From contig JBGPHE010000001.1 in NCBI GenBank assembly GCA_041484255.1, positions 6,240 through 70,239 of the forward strand: DNA of 64,000 nucleotides, read 5' to 3'. The notes under the pieces are model-generated. The model did not search any database and was not told the origin of the DNA. It was given only the letters and a program-made list of their open reading frames with translations. Source of the DNA: Candidatus Nanoarchaeia archaeon (lineage in GTDB: Archaea; Nanobdellota; Nanobdellia; Woesearchaeales; ARS49). The translations under genes were made by a program, and so were the position numbers. How positions within the stretch are numbered: position 1 is the stretch's first letter; each line of letters opens with the position of its first letter. This document shows, in pieces, positions 27,229 to 36,738 of this stretch.

Positions 27229-30200
27229 GCGGCAACGCACAGAAGCGGACCGTGATGCTGCTCGTGCTTGCCTTGGGCCTGCTCGGCGTAGGTACTATGA
27301 TATTCGGCTCGACGCACAGCCCTGCCGCGCTGACCGGACTTGTTACTGACAATGCAAGCGTTCAGCCGGAAGCGCCTGCTGAGCAGCAGCCGATTCCCGA
27401 ATTGCAGGCAGAAGCGACGCCAGAACCGTCATTCTCCACCGAAGCGGCCGCTCCGCGGCTCGTCGATCCTGCGGTGGAACGAGCGCTTGCGGAGAACGGC
27501 ACCGCAGACATCATCATCATCCTCAAAGAAGACGCCGCGTCGCTGTTCGAAACCGAAACGAGCCAAGCAGATGCGCTCGCGCAGCGAAAGGCGTCTGTCG
27601 CGGCCGTGCGCACGGCGTTCGCCGCGGAAATGGGCGGCGGATTCGGAACTGCGAGCAACGCGTTCGAAGTCACGCGCGAGTATGATACGCTCAATGCCAT
27701 CGCGGCAACCATCACCAGCGTCGGCCTGGAAATCTTGAAGACGCGCCAGTCGGTCGAACAGATCGTGCTGGACCGCAGGCTCACGGTCGACCTTACCGTG
27801 AGCGTGCCGCTCATCGATGCGGACGACGTCTGGAACCTCACCGTCAACGGAAGCAACCTCACCGGCAAGGGCGAGGTCATCTGCATCATCGACACAGGCA
27901 TCGACGCCACGCACGTCGCGTTCACCAACAAGATTTTGCCCGGCCAGGACTATGTCAATGAAGACAGCAATCCCGCCGACGACGCGGGCCACGGCACGCA
28001 CGTCTCGGGCATCGCCGCGGGCAACAGCAGCCCGGTGCTCGGCGTCGCAAAGGACGCGAAGATCCTGCCCGTCAAGGTGTGCGACAGCGGCGGCACGTGC
28101 CAGGACACGGATATCCTTGCAGGCATCGACTTCTGCAACAACAACTCGGCGACCTACAACATCAGCGCGATTTCCGGCTCGCTCGGCGACAACAGCCAGT
28201 ACAACTCGACGACCTGCCCGACCACGTACGACAGCATCTTCGCGACGTCGAACTCCTTGGGGCTTATTCCGGTCTTCGCGTCGGGCAACAATGCGTTCAC
28301 GAACGGCATCAGCCACCCTGCCTGCTCGCCGTACGCCATCAGCGTGGGCTCCACGACCAAGGCAGACGCGATGAGCTCGTTCACAAACAGAGGGGGCGAC
28401 CGCCTGGACGTTCTCGCGCCCGGCAGCAGCATTGTTTCCGCGCTCATCACTGGCGGAACCGTCTCCGCATCGGGAACATCGATGGCCACGCCGCACGTCT
28501 CGGGAGCGATCGCGCTCATCCAGCAGAACCAGCGCGCGCTGAACCGCGCCATTGTCAACATCACCGACATGCGCACATTGCTCCAGCAGACCGGCGTGAA
28601 TGTCACGAGCTGGCAGCGCATCGACGTGTACAACGCGATCGCCAAGCTCAACCAGAACTACACCATCAACATCACGGACAACTCTATCGCGAACGGAACG
28701 ACACGCGGCGCAAAGGTGCGGTTCAGCAACTTCACCGATATGAGCAGGTTCGTGGATTGCGGCGTAGTCAGACCCAACTTTGTAGGCATCGACTCCGCAG
28801 CATGCCCGCAGCTGAACAAGAGCGCGCACATCACGTTCGCGAACATCACTGGCATCGGCGCCAGGCCGCTGCGCAACGGCGTGCCCTGCCCGCCCAGCAT
28901 CTGCCAGAACTTCACGTTCGGCAACGGCACGGTCGACTTCGACGTCACGGAGTTTTCAAACTACAGCAGCTTCAACCTGACGAACCTCACCGGCTGCGCG
29001 AACGTGAACGTCAGCTCGGTGCTGACGCAGAACGTCTCCAGCACGAGCAACTGCATCAACATTACTGGAAACAATGTCATCCTGTTCTGCAACGGATTCA
29101 CAATTGCGTTCGACACGGCAGGCGGCGGGCTTGACAACGGCATCAGGGCCAACCAGCGCCGCAATATCACGGTCGACAGCTGCATCATCAGAGATACCAA
29201 TGCAGGAGGCGCGGGCGCTGTGGGAATCGTCGTCAATGGGACGAACAACAGCATCTTCATCAACAACTTTATCCAAGTCAACGGAACGGCGAACAACAAC
29301 GGCTTCATCCTGGACTTGTTTGCGAATAATGTCACCATCGCCAACAACACCGTCAACTCGCGCGGAACGCTCGCGTTCGATTTCCCCATCCAAGTCAGGA
29401 ACCCCGTCAGCAATATCACCATCGCCAACAACACGCTCGTGACGGTGGGCTTGGGCAACAGCGAATGGGGCATTGACGACAGCGGGCTCCAGGACACAGT
29501 CGTCACCAATAATATAATCATTGCACTTTCGGACGGCGGCCTCAACTTCGGCTTTCGCGTGAATGCAGTGCCCCTCAATCTTCAGGTAAGCGACAACAAC
29601 ATCAGCGTGAACGGGAGCGGAAGCTATGCGCTCGTGTTCCCCGACTCTTTAGGGAGCACGCCCAATACCACATTCTCCAACAACGTACTGGGCACGACCA
29701 GCGGCTGGATTACCGTGGGCGCCTTCGCGCGAGTCAACATCACCAACACCACGTTCCGCATGCCGAACGGCAGCATCACCATCCCCGGAACGGTGCAGCT
29801 CAACGAATCGACGGACGTGCTGATTTCCAAGCTGAACATTTCTGCAAATCAGGCGTACCTGAACAGCACAAACCTGACCGCGCTCAACACGACCGCGATC
29901 ATCGCGCTGAACAGTGTCGGCTTCAATGATCCCAAGCCGCAGTTCAGGTTCGGCGAGACCGGCGCGTTCACCGACTGCACACCCACCGTCAACCCGTTCT
30001 GCACCGAGCTGGGCTTCAGCGGCGGCGTCTTCACGTTCAATGTCTCGCACTTCACCGGCTACATCAGCGCGGAAGGCGGCAGCGTCAACCTCACCGGCTG
30101 CGCGACCGTCAACGCGAGCACGGTGCTGACGCAGAACATCGCGTCCAATGACACGTGCCTCTTCACGAACGCGAGCAATATCGTCATCTCCTGCGCAGGG

Positions 30201-33200
30201 CACACCATCACGTACAATGCCAACGGAAGCGGCGCCCTGAGCGATTTCGGAATCAATGTCACGCGCTCATCCAACCTGACCATCACTGACTGCATCGTCC
30301 GCAACGGCAACCTGTCGAGCACCATCGGCGACGCGATGAGCGTGTTCTTCACGAATTACAGCACCTTCAACAACATCTCGCTTGCGGACAACGGCTCCAA
30401 CATCGGGCTGTTCATCATGACGTCGCACAATAACACGTTCGGAAACGATACTGTCCTGACAGGATCTGTTGAGCTGAACGCCATCGCGGAGAACAACTTC
30501 ACCGGCAATGCGTTCAATGGCTCCATTGACAATAGCAACAGCAGGCGGGACATCTTCACGTTCAACACGATGAACGCATCCGTCTCCCTCCAGTCAGGCG
30601 ACGCACGCCTGCGCTTCAACAACATCACCGTCTCCGGCGCGGGTCCGGGCATCAACACCGATCCCGCCGGACCGTTCGAGTTCACCGGCAACCGCGTCGA
30701 GGTGAACGGCGTGAACCCGACCGCGTTCCGCCTTGCCGCGAGCAACGGCAACTTCACCAACAACACGTTCCTTGCGAACGCGTCCGGCACGTCTGTCGCA
30801 ATCAGCATCGAGGCGAGCTCGTCAGGGAACTTCACCGGCAACAATTTCACCGCGCGCGGGACCGCCTCGACCGCGATCCGCTGGCAGTTCTCAGTCCCCA
30901 ACACGACGAGCTTCAGGGACACCGTCATCTCTTCAGACGCAAGCTGGATTGACATGAATCCGAGCGGCGCGGTCACGCCGTCCATCAATTACACGAACAC
31001 GACGTTCGTTTCGGGCAACGGCAGCATTAACATCATCGGCTTCGCGCAGCTGAACAACACCCAGAACGTCACGCTTGCCCGGCTCAATATCTCATCCAAC
31101 CGCGCGTTCCTGAACACTACGAACATCTCCGCATTCAACCAGACCGCAGTCATCGCGCTGACCGGCATCGGCTTCACTGACCCGAAGCCACAGGTCGCCT
31201 TTGTGGATGGCGGCGCGTTCTCGGACTGCTCGCCGACCGCGAACCCATTCTGCACTGAGATAAGTTATACGGGCGGCGTGTTCACGTTCAACACGTCGCA
31301 CTTTACCAGCTTTGACAGCGCGGAAAGCACCGTGACAAACTGCACGCTCGGACCTGTGCTGGTCAACAGCAGCCTCACGCTCGCGCAGGACCTTACCGGC
31401 AACGGCACCTGCCTCATCGCGAACACGAACAACATCGCCATTGACTGCGCAGGATTCGCCATCAACTTCGACCGCGGCGGAGGATTCGGCCCCATATTCG
31501 GCATCGCCGCGCAGAGAAAGACGAACATCAGCATCACCAGCTGCATCATCAGAAGCATCAACGCTTCGGGCCAGAACGGATACTCCATCAACTTCTCGAA
31601 CGTAACACAGTCGGTCATCACCAACAACACGCTCATCGCGAACGGGTCGAACTCGATCGGCATCTACATCGGGGTGAGCTCAGTCGGCGTCAATGTCACC
31701 AACAACACCATCGGCGCATCGCCTATCGGGTTCGTGGTCGGCGTCTCTATCGACAACTCGTCGTTCATCAACGTCAGGAACAGCATACTTATCGCCAACA
31801 GCAGCACCGGCCCTGCCGAGGGCATCCAAGCGACCTCCAACGCGCAATTCATCGCGGTGAGCAACAACAGCATCCGCGTGCTGCAGACTTCAGGCTCCCA
31901 GCCGACAGGATTTGTCATCAATGGCGGCAACGCCACATTCGCAGGCAATACTGTTGTAGTAAATCTGTCCGACACGAGCGACGCGACGGGAATCAGCGTG
32001 GGCGGCGGCGCGGACTTCGTGGTCGAGAACAACACCATTATCCTCGCAATCAACACGACAGACACCATCAACACCAAGCGGGCGTTCCAGCTCGCGTCGC
32101 TGAGCAACGCGGTCGTACGCAACAACACAATCGTCCTGCTTGGCTCTGCCAAGTTCTTCATGGGCATGCTGCTCTCCATCCTGAGCAACGTGACCATCGC
32201 GAATACGAACATCACGTCATTGGCAGAGACGAACACTTCGCTGATAGTCATCGACGGCGTCTTTGGCACAACAACCGTGACGCTGACGAACACAACCCTT
32301 TCCGCGCTCAATGACCCTTGGATCCAGCAAGAAGGAACCGCCGCAACCTCCTCGAACTTCACCAACACAACATTCATCGCGCAGAACGGCTCGGTCCAGT
32401 TCCCTGGATTGGTCCAGATAAACGGCACCAACAACGTGAGCGCGCAGCGGCTCAATATCACCGCGAACCTCGCCTTCCTCAACAGCACCAACCTGACGTT
32501 CCTCAACCAGACTGCAATCATCGCGCTGAAAGGCATCGTATCGGTCAGCCCGAAAGCGCAGGTCGCGTTCGTTGACGGCGGCGCATTCAGCGACTGCATC
32601 AGCACGGCGAACCCGTTCTGCACCAACCTCAGCTACGCAGGGGGCGTCTTCACGTTCAACACGTCGCACTTCACCAGCTACCAGAGCGCGGAGAGCGGGA
32701 CGAACATCACCGGATGCCCCATCACCATTAATGTGAGCACGACGCTGACGCAGAACTTGCAAAGCAACAGCAGCTGCATCACGTTCGGCAATGACAGCAT
32801 CGCGCTCGACTGCGGCGGATTCGCCCTCAACGGCACGCAGAACGGCACCGGCATCAATGCGACCGCAAGGAACAACATCTCCATCGTCAACTGCTTCGTC
32901 AATAACTTCACGCAGGATATCGTGCTCGACCGCGTCAACAACAGCGTGATGCGCAATGACACCGCGCGCAGCGCGGCGCAGGAAGGCGTCCTGCTCTACT
33001 CGGCCGTCAACGACCTCCTCGTGAACGTCTCGGGCGAGGGCGCGGTCAACCGGGACGGAATCCAGCTGGTCAATTCCACCACTGCAGGCACCAACAACAC
33101 GCTCATCGGCGTGAACGGCACGAGCAACAGCTCGTCAGGCGTGGGGCTGAATATCCAAATTGACAATACGACCGTCAATGACAGCAGGGGCGTAAGCCTC

Positions 33201-36200
33201 AACCACCGCGGCATCCAAATCCTCAGTTCGGGCAACCGCGCGACCAACCTCACCGGCATCGGCGTAGACGTCGGAATGCTGGTCACCACCGGCAGCTTCA
33301 ACAACGTGACGGGAAGCACCGGCATCGGCGTCCCCGGCCTCTCATTCAGCAGCGCAAGGAGCACGTACGCCAACAACCTCGGCATCAGCACGAATGGCAT
33401 CGCAATCAGCGTCGCGGGCGGCAACCTCACGCTCGTCAATAACACTGGCAGGAGCAATGCGACCTCAGGCATCAGAATCGACGGGGCAGACTTTAACCTG
33501 ACCGGCAACACCGGCGTCAGCAACACATCGGTCGGCATCCACTCGCCATTGAGTTTCGTCAACAGCATCGTTGTGGGCAACAACGGAACCGGTCCCGCCG
33601 GCATCTCCATCGGCGCAGGCGGCGGCGCGTTCAATGACACGTTCCTCAATAACGTCGGAACGGGCGTTGCAAGCGTGGGATTCGCGATCGGCGGCGACAA
33701 TCAGACTGCCATCAACAACACCGGAACAAGCAACGGCTCGTTCGGCATGCAATTCCTTACCGGCGGCGATAACCTTGCAGTGAACAACACAGGAATCAGT
33801 ACGGCAAGCAGCGGTATCGACGTGCGCGTCTACAGCAGGTCGCGGTTCCTGAATAATACCGCCAGCAGCGGGAGCGCCACGGCACTGGCAATCCTGGTCT
33901 TAAGCACTAATAACACCTTTGCCAACACCACACTCTTCACCAATGCGACTTGGATTATTACCGACGGGACAAGCCCCGACAACAACATCACGAACACGCT
34001 CTTCCAGGGCAGCGCAGGCAGCATCCGCGTCTTCGGCCTCGCGAACATCCCGGGAAGCGCCAACGTGAGCATTGCGCGGCTGAACACGAGCGCGAACCGC
34101 GCGTTCCTGAACAGCACGAACCTGACGTTCCTCAACCAGACCGGACAAGTCACGTTCACCGGCGCGACGAGCAACCAGGTGCTGGTGGACTTTGACGACG
34201 ACAACTCGTTCTCGTTCTGCGACGCGAGCATCTGTTCAGTCGTCAGCTTCGCGGGCGGCACGCTGGTTGTCAATGTCACGCACTTCACGACGTTCTCGTC
34301 GACCACCGGCAACTCGAACATCACGCTGACCAAGACCGACTCGCCCGACCCGGTCAATGCCAGCAGTAATCTGAGCTACCAGATTTCGGTCAATGTCACG
34401 TCCGACAGCCCGAGTAATATTACGCTGACCGACCAATACCCTGCGCAAGTCATCTTCCTCACGGCGCAGCCGTCGCCCATCGGCGGAACGAACAATACGT
34501 TCATTGTCGGCAATCTGACCGCGAATATGTCGTTCACGGTAAACGTCACCGTGCTCGTGCTGAACATCACCAACGGCACCGTCATCAACAACACTGCAAA
34601 CATCTCGTTCCAGAACAGCACGGGCAGCGTCATCGCGCTGAGCGTGACCGAGAACACCACCGTCAGCAATCCGCCGCAGATTAACGACAGCACGATCAGC
34701 GTGACCAAGACCGACACCCCCGACCCGGTCGAGAACGGCACGCAGCTCAACTATACTATCACGGTGACGGTCATCAGCGGCGTTTCCGCGTTCAATGTCA
34801 CGGTCAATGACACGTATCCGTCGCAGGTCATCTTCAACAGCGGCCAGCCGTCTCCGGTGCCGGGAACGAACACCACGTTCATCCTCGGCAACCTGTCTGC
34901 GGGCGCGGTCGTCGTGCTCAATATCACTGTGAATGTCTCGGCAGGCGTCATCAACGGCACCGTCATCAACAACACCGTCAATGTCACATTCCAGAACACG
35001 ACCGGCGGCCTGCTGAGCGCGCTCGCGAACGCGAGTACGACTGTGCAGAACGTGACGGTCAATGTCACAACGTTGTTCAACCTGAGCAACATCAGTGTCA
35101 TCAAGACCGACACGCCCGACCCGGTGACTGCAGGCGACATACTGACCTACCAAATCAATGTCACGAGTAACGGCAACGGCACCGCGTTCAACGTGATTGT
35201 CAATGACACGTACCCTGCGGAAGTTATCGCGTTCATGTCCTCCCCTCCGCTCGTTCCGGGAACGAACAACACGTACACGCTCGGCAACCTGACGCCCGGC
35301 ACGCTCTTCACCATCAACTTCAGCGTCGCGGTCAGGAACATCACGAACGGCACGGTCATCAACAACACCGTCAATGTCACGTTCCAGAACGAGACCGGTG
35401 GATTGTTCAGCAGAGTCACCACGCAGAACACCACCGTCCTGAACCCGCCAGTCTTCAACCTCAGCAATGTCAGCGTGACGAAGAGCGACACGCCCGACCC
35501 GGTCGAGAACGGCACGCAGCTCAACTATACTATTACGGTCACGAGCACGGGCAACGGCACGGCGTTCAATACAACCGTCATCGACACGTACCCTGCTGAA
35601 GTCGTCTTTAACACCGCCCAGCCGACGCCGAGTTCGGGCAATAACACGTTCATCATCGGCAACTTGACCGCGGGAACGGTTGTCGTGCTGAACATCACGG
35701 TCAATGTGACGCAGGTCGCAAACGGAACCGTCATCAACAACACCGTCAATGTCACGTTCCAGAACGAGTCGAGTGACTTGCTGAGCGCGCTTGCGAACAC
35801 GAGCACGCTGGTGCAGAACGTCACGCCGACGCCCACGCCTCCGACGCCGCAAGGCAGCAGCGGCGGAAGCGGTGGCGGCGGAGGATTCAGCATCAGACGC
35901 AATGAGACTGTCGCGGCAGGAGTTCCCGCCCCGTCAGGACCGTGCGTCGAAAGCTGGGCGTGCGAGCAGTGGGGCCAGTGCCAGGACGCCAGCCAGGCAA
36001 GAATCTGCGTCGACTTGAGCCAGTGCGGCACGGCGACATTGAAGCCGGCGACCGAGCAGCGCTGCGCGATTACGCCGCTGCGCGAGCAGCCGATACCTGT
36101 GGAGCCTGAACAGCCTGCGCCCGTGCAAGTGAGCGCGCCCGTTCCGGTTGTTGTGCAGGAGAAATCAAAGAGCTGGACGCTTGTAGGCATCCTGCCGGTC

Positions 36201-36731
36201 GCGATTGACGTATTGCTCATCCTCTTCGCGCTTATCGCAATGACGCACATGCTGCGTTACCGCAGCGATCGCGCGAGCGGGCACTGGCTGGCGGCAGTGG
36301 ACATCATCGGAGGAATCACACTCATCGCGCTTGTCGCACACTACATCATCAGCAGGGCATTCCTGCCGGTCGAGTACATCACCTTTGTCGTATTGCTGCT
36401 GTTTGTCGCAGTGCTGCGGCTTGCCGAGCGCGGCAGGGACTTCGGAGGAGCGCCGCGCGTTCCGCGCATCCCTGCATTGCCTGATGCGCCTGAGGAAATA
36501 GTCCTTGAAGACGAGCCCGCGCCGAAGAAAGCAGCAATCAAGGCTCCGAAGGCAGAGCACAAGCACGCGGGCCCGAAGAAGCCCTTGTTCAGCTTCTTCC
36601 AGCCCAAACCGAAGGTCGAGGACGACATGAAGGACGTCTTTGACTCGCTCGACCGCATCAGCACGCTGCTGGAGAGGAACAAAGTCACGATCAGAGCTCC
36701 GAAAAAGAAGAGCCGGGTGAGAAAAAAGTAA
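27225..36731 (+). CDS. Giant surface protein 2 (3168 aa): signal anchor, I9 propeptide, subtilisin S8 protease, four beta-helix blocks separated by two-Cys junction modules, 4 DUF11 units, six-Cys stalk module, 3 C-terminal TM helices, basic tail
   Basis: Single open frame of 9.5 kb. Catalytic triad motifs IIDTGID / HGTHVSG / GTSMATPHVSG. Confidence 0.8.
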   Translation: MSGNAQKRTVMLLVLALGLLGVGTMIFGSTHSPAALTGLVTDNASVQPEAPAEQQPIPELQAEATPEPSFSTEAAAPRLVDPAVERALAENGTADIIIILKEDAASLFETETSQADALAQRKASVAAVRTAFAAEMGGGFGTASNAFEVTREYDTLNAIAATITSVGLEILKTRQSVEQIVLDRRLTVDLTVSVPLIDADDVWNLTVNGSNLTGKGEVICIIDTGIDATHVAFTNKILPGQDYVNEDSNPADDAGHGTHVSGIAAGNSSPVLGVAKDAKILPVKVCDSGGTCQDTDILAGIDFCNNNSATYNISAISGSLGDNSQYNSTTCPTTYDSIFATSNSLGLIPVFASGNNAFTNGISHPACSPYAISVGSTTKADAMSSFTNRGGDRLDVLAPGSSIVSALITGGTVSASGTSMATPHVSGAIALIQQNQRALNRAIVNITDMRTLLQQTGVNVTSWQRIDVYNAIAKLNQNYTINITDNSIANGTTRGAKVRFSNFTDMSRFVDCGVVRPNFVGIDSAACPQLNKSAHITFANITGIGARPLRNGVPCPPSICQNFTFGNGTVDFDVTEFSNYSSFNLTNLTGCANVNVSSVLTQNVSSTSNCINITGNNVILFCNGFTIAFDTAGGGLDNGIRANQRRNITVDSCIIRDTNAGGAGAVGIVVNGTNNSIFINNFIQVNGTANNNGFILDLFANNVTIANNTVNSRGTLAFDFPIQVRNPVSNITIANNTLVTVGLGNSEWGIDDSGLQDTVVTNNIIIALSDGGLNFGFRVNAVPLNLQVSDNNISVNGSGSYALVFPDSLGSTPNTTFSNNVLGTTSGWITVGAFARVNITNTTFRMPNGSITIPGTVQLNESTDVLISKLNISANQAYLNSTNLTALNTTAIIALNSVGFNDPKPQFRFGETGAFTDCTPTVNPFCTELGFSGGVFTFNVSHFTGYISAEGGSVNLTGCATVNASTVLTQNIASNDTCLFTNASNIVISCAGHTITYNANGSGALSDFGINVTRSSNLTITDCIVRNGNLSSTIGDAMSVFFTNYSTFNNISLADNGSNIGLFIMTSHNNTFGNDTVLTGSVELNAIAENNFTGNAFNGSIDNSNSRRDIFTFNTMNASVSLQSGDARLRFNNITVSGAGPGINTDPAGPFEFTGNRVEVNGVNPTAFRLAASNGNFTNNTFLANASGTSVAISIEASSSGNFTGNNFTARGTASTAIRWQFSVPNTTSFRDTVISSDASWIDMNPSGAVTPSINYTNTTFVSGNGSINIIGFAQLNNTQNVTLARLNISSNRAFLNTTNISAFNQTAVIALTGIGFTDPKPQVAFVDGGAFSDCSPTANPFCTEISYTGGVFTFNTSHFTSFDSAESTVTNCTLGPVLVNSSLTLAQDLTGNGTCLIANTNNIAIDCAGFAINFDRGGGFGPIFGIAAQRKTNISITSCIIRSINASGQNGYSINFSNVTQSVITNNTLIANGSNSIGIYIGVSSVGVNVTNNTIGASPIGFVVGVSIDNSSFINVRNSILIANSSTGPAEGIQATSNAQFIAVSNNSIRVLQTSGSQPTGFVINGGNATFAGNTVVVNLSDTSDATGISVGGGADFVVENNTIILAINTTDTINTKRAFQLASLSNAVVRNNTIVLLGSAKFFMGMLLSILSNVTIANTNITSLAETNTSLIVIDGVFGTTTVTLTNTTLSALNDPWIQQEGTAATSSNFTNTTFIAQNGSVQFPGLVQINGTNNVSAQRLNITANLAFLNSTNLTFLNQTAIIALKGIVSVSPKAQVAFVDGGAFSDCISTANPFCTNLSYAGGVFTFNTSHFTSYQSAESGTNITGCPITINVSTTLTQNLQSNSSCITFGNDSIALDCGGFALNGTQNGTGINATARNNISIVNCFVNNFTQDIVLDRVNNSVMRNDTARSAAQEGVLLYSAVNDLLVNVSGEGAVNRDGIQLVNSTTAGTNNTLIGVNGTSNSSSGVGLNIQIDNTTVNDSRGVSLNHRGIQILSSGNRATNLTGIGVDVGMLVTTGSFNNVTGSTGIGVPGLSFSSARSTYANNLGISTNGIAISVAGGNLTLVNNTGRSNATSGIRIDGADFNLTGNTGVSNTSVGIHSPLSFVNSIVVGNNGTGPAGISIGAGGGAFNDTFLNNVGTGVASVGFAIGGDNQTAINNTGTSNGSFGMQFLTGGDNLAVNNTGISTASSGIDVRVYSRSRFLNNTASSGSATALAILVLSTNNTFANTTLFTNATWIITDGTSPDNNITNTLFQGSAGSIRVFGLANIPGSANVSIARLNTSANRAFLNSTNLTFLNQTGQVTFTGATSNQVLVDFDDDNSFSFCDASICSVVSFAGGTLVVNVTHFTTFSSTTGNSNITLTKTDSPDPVNASSNLSYQISVNVTSDSPSNITLTDQYPAQVIFLTAQPSPIGGTNNTFIVGNLTANMSFTVNVTVLVLNITNGTVINNTANISFQNSTGSVIALSVTENTTVSNPPQINDSTISVTKTDTPDPVENGTQLNYTITVTVISGVSAFNVTVNDTYPSQVIFNSGQPSPVPGTNTTFILGNLSAGAVVVLNITVNVSAGVINGTVINNTVNVTFQNTTGGLLSALANASTTVQNVTVNVTTLFNLSNISVIKTDTPDPVTAGDILTYQINVTSNGNGTAFNVIVNDTYPAEVIAFMSSPPLVPGTNNTYTLGNLTPGTLFTINFSVAVRNITNGTVINNTVNVTFQNETGGLFSRVTTQNTTVLNPPVFNLSNVSVTKSDTPDPVENGTQLNYTITVTSTGNGTAFNTTVIDTYPAEVVFNTAQPTPSSGNNTFIIGNLTAGTVVVLNITVNVTQVANGTVINNTVNVTFQNESSDLLSALANTSTLVQNVTPTPTPPTPQGSSGGSGGGGGFSIRRNETVAAGVPAPSGPCVESWACEQWGQCQDASQARICVDLSQCGTATLKPATEQRCAITPLREQPIPVEPEQPAPVQVSAPVPVVVQEKSKSWTLVGILPVAIDVLLILFALIAMTHMLRYRSDRASGHWLAAVDIIGGITLIALVAHYIISRAFLPVEYITFVVLLLFVAVLRLAERGRDFGGAPRVPRIPALPDAPEEIVLEDEPAPKKAAIKAPKAEHKHAGPKKPLFSFFQPKPKVEDDMKDVFDSLDRISTLLERNKVTIRAPKKKSRVRKK
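27462..27798 (+). other. Subtilase propeptide (inhibitor I9-like) of giant protein 2
   Basis: IIIILKEDAASLFE...FEVTREYDTLNAIAATITSVGLEILKTRQSVEQIVLDRRL precedes the catalytic domain. Confidence 0.55.
27850..28630 (+). other. Subtilisin-like serine protease (S8) catalytic domain of giant protein 2
   Basis: Asp at about 27888-27906 (IIDTGID), His at 27990-28010 (HGTHVSG), Asn at about 28279-28296 (ASGNN), Ser at 28471-28498 (GTSMATPHVSG). Confidence 0.8.
34310..35830 (+). repeat. Array of 4 DUF11-type (TIGR01451 conserved repeat domain) units in gene 2, about 380 nt each
   Basis: Each unit: [IV]T[KL]TD.PDPV......L.Y.I.V.......NVT..D.YP..V.F...QP.P..GTNNTFI.GNLT.....V.NITV.V.N.....VINNT.N..FQN. 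Confidence 0.65.
35943..36065 (+). other. Six-Cys membrane-proximal module, copy in gene 2 (CVESWACEQWGQCQDASQARICVDLSQCGTATLKPATEQRC)
   Basis: Same Cys/Trp spacing as the gene 1 and gene 3 copies. Confidence 0.7.
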
Positions 36732-36738
36732 TCAATTG

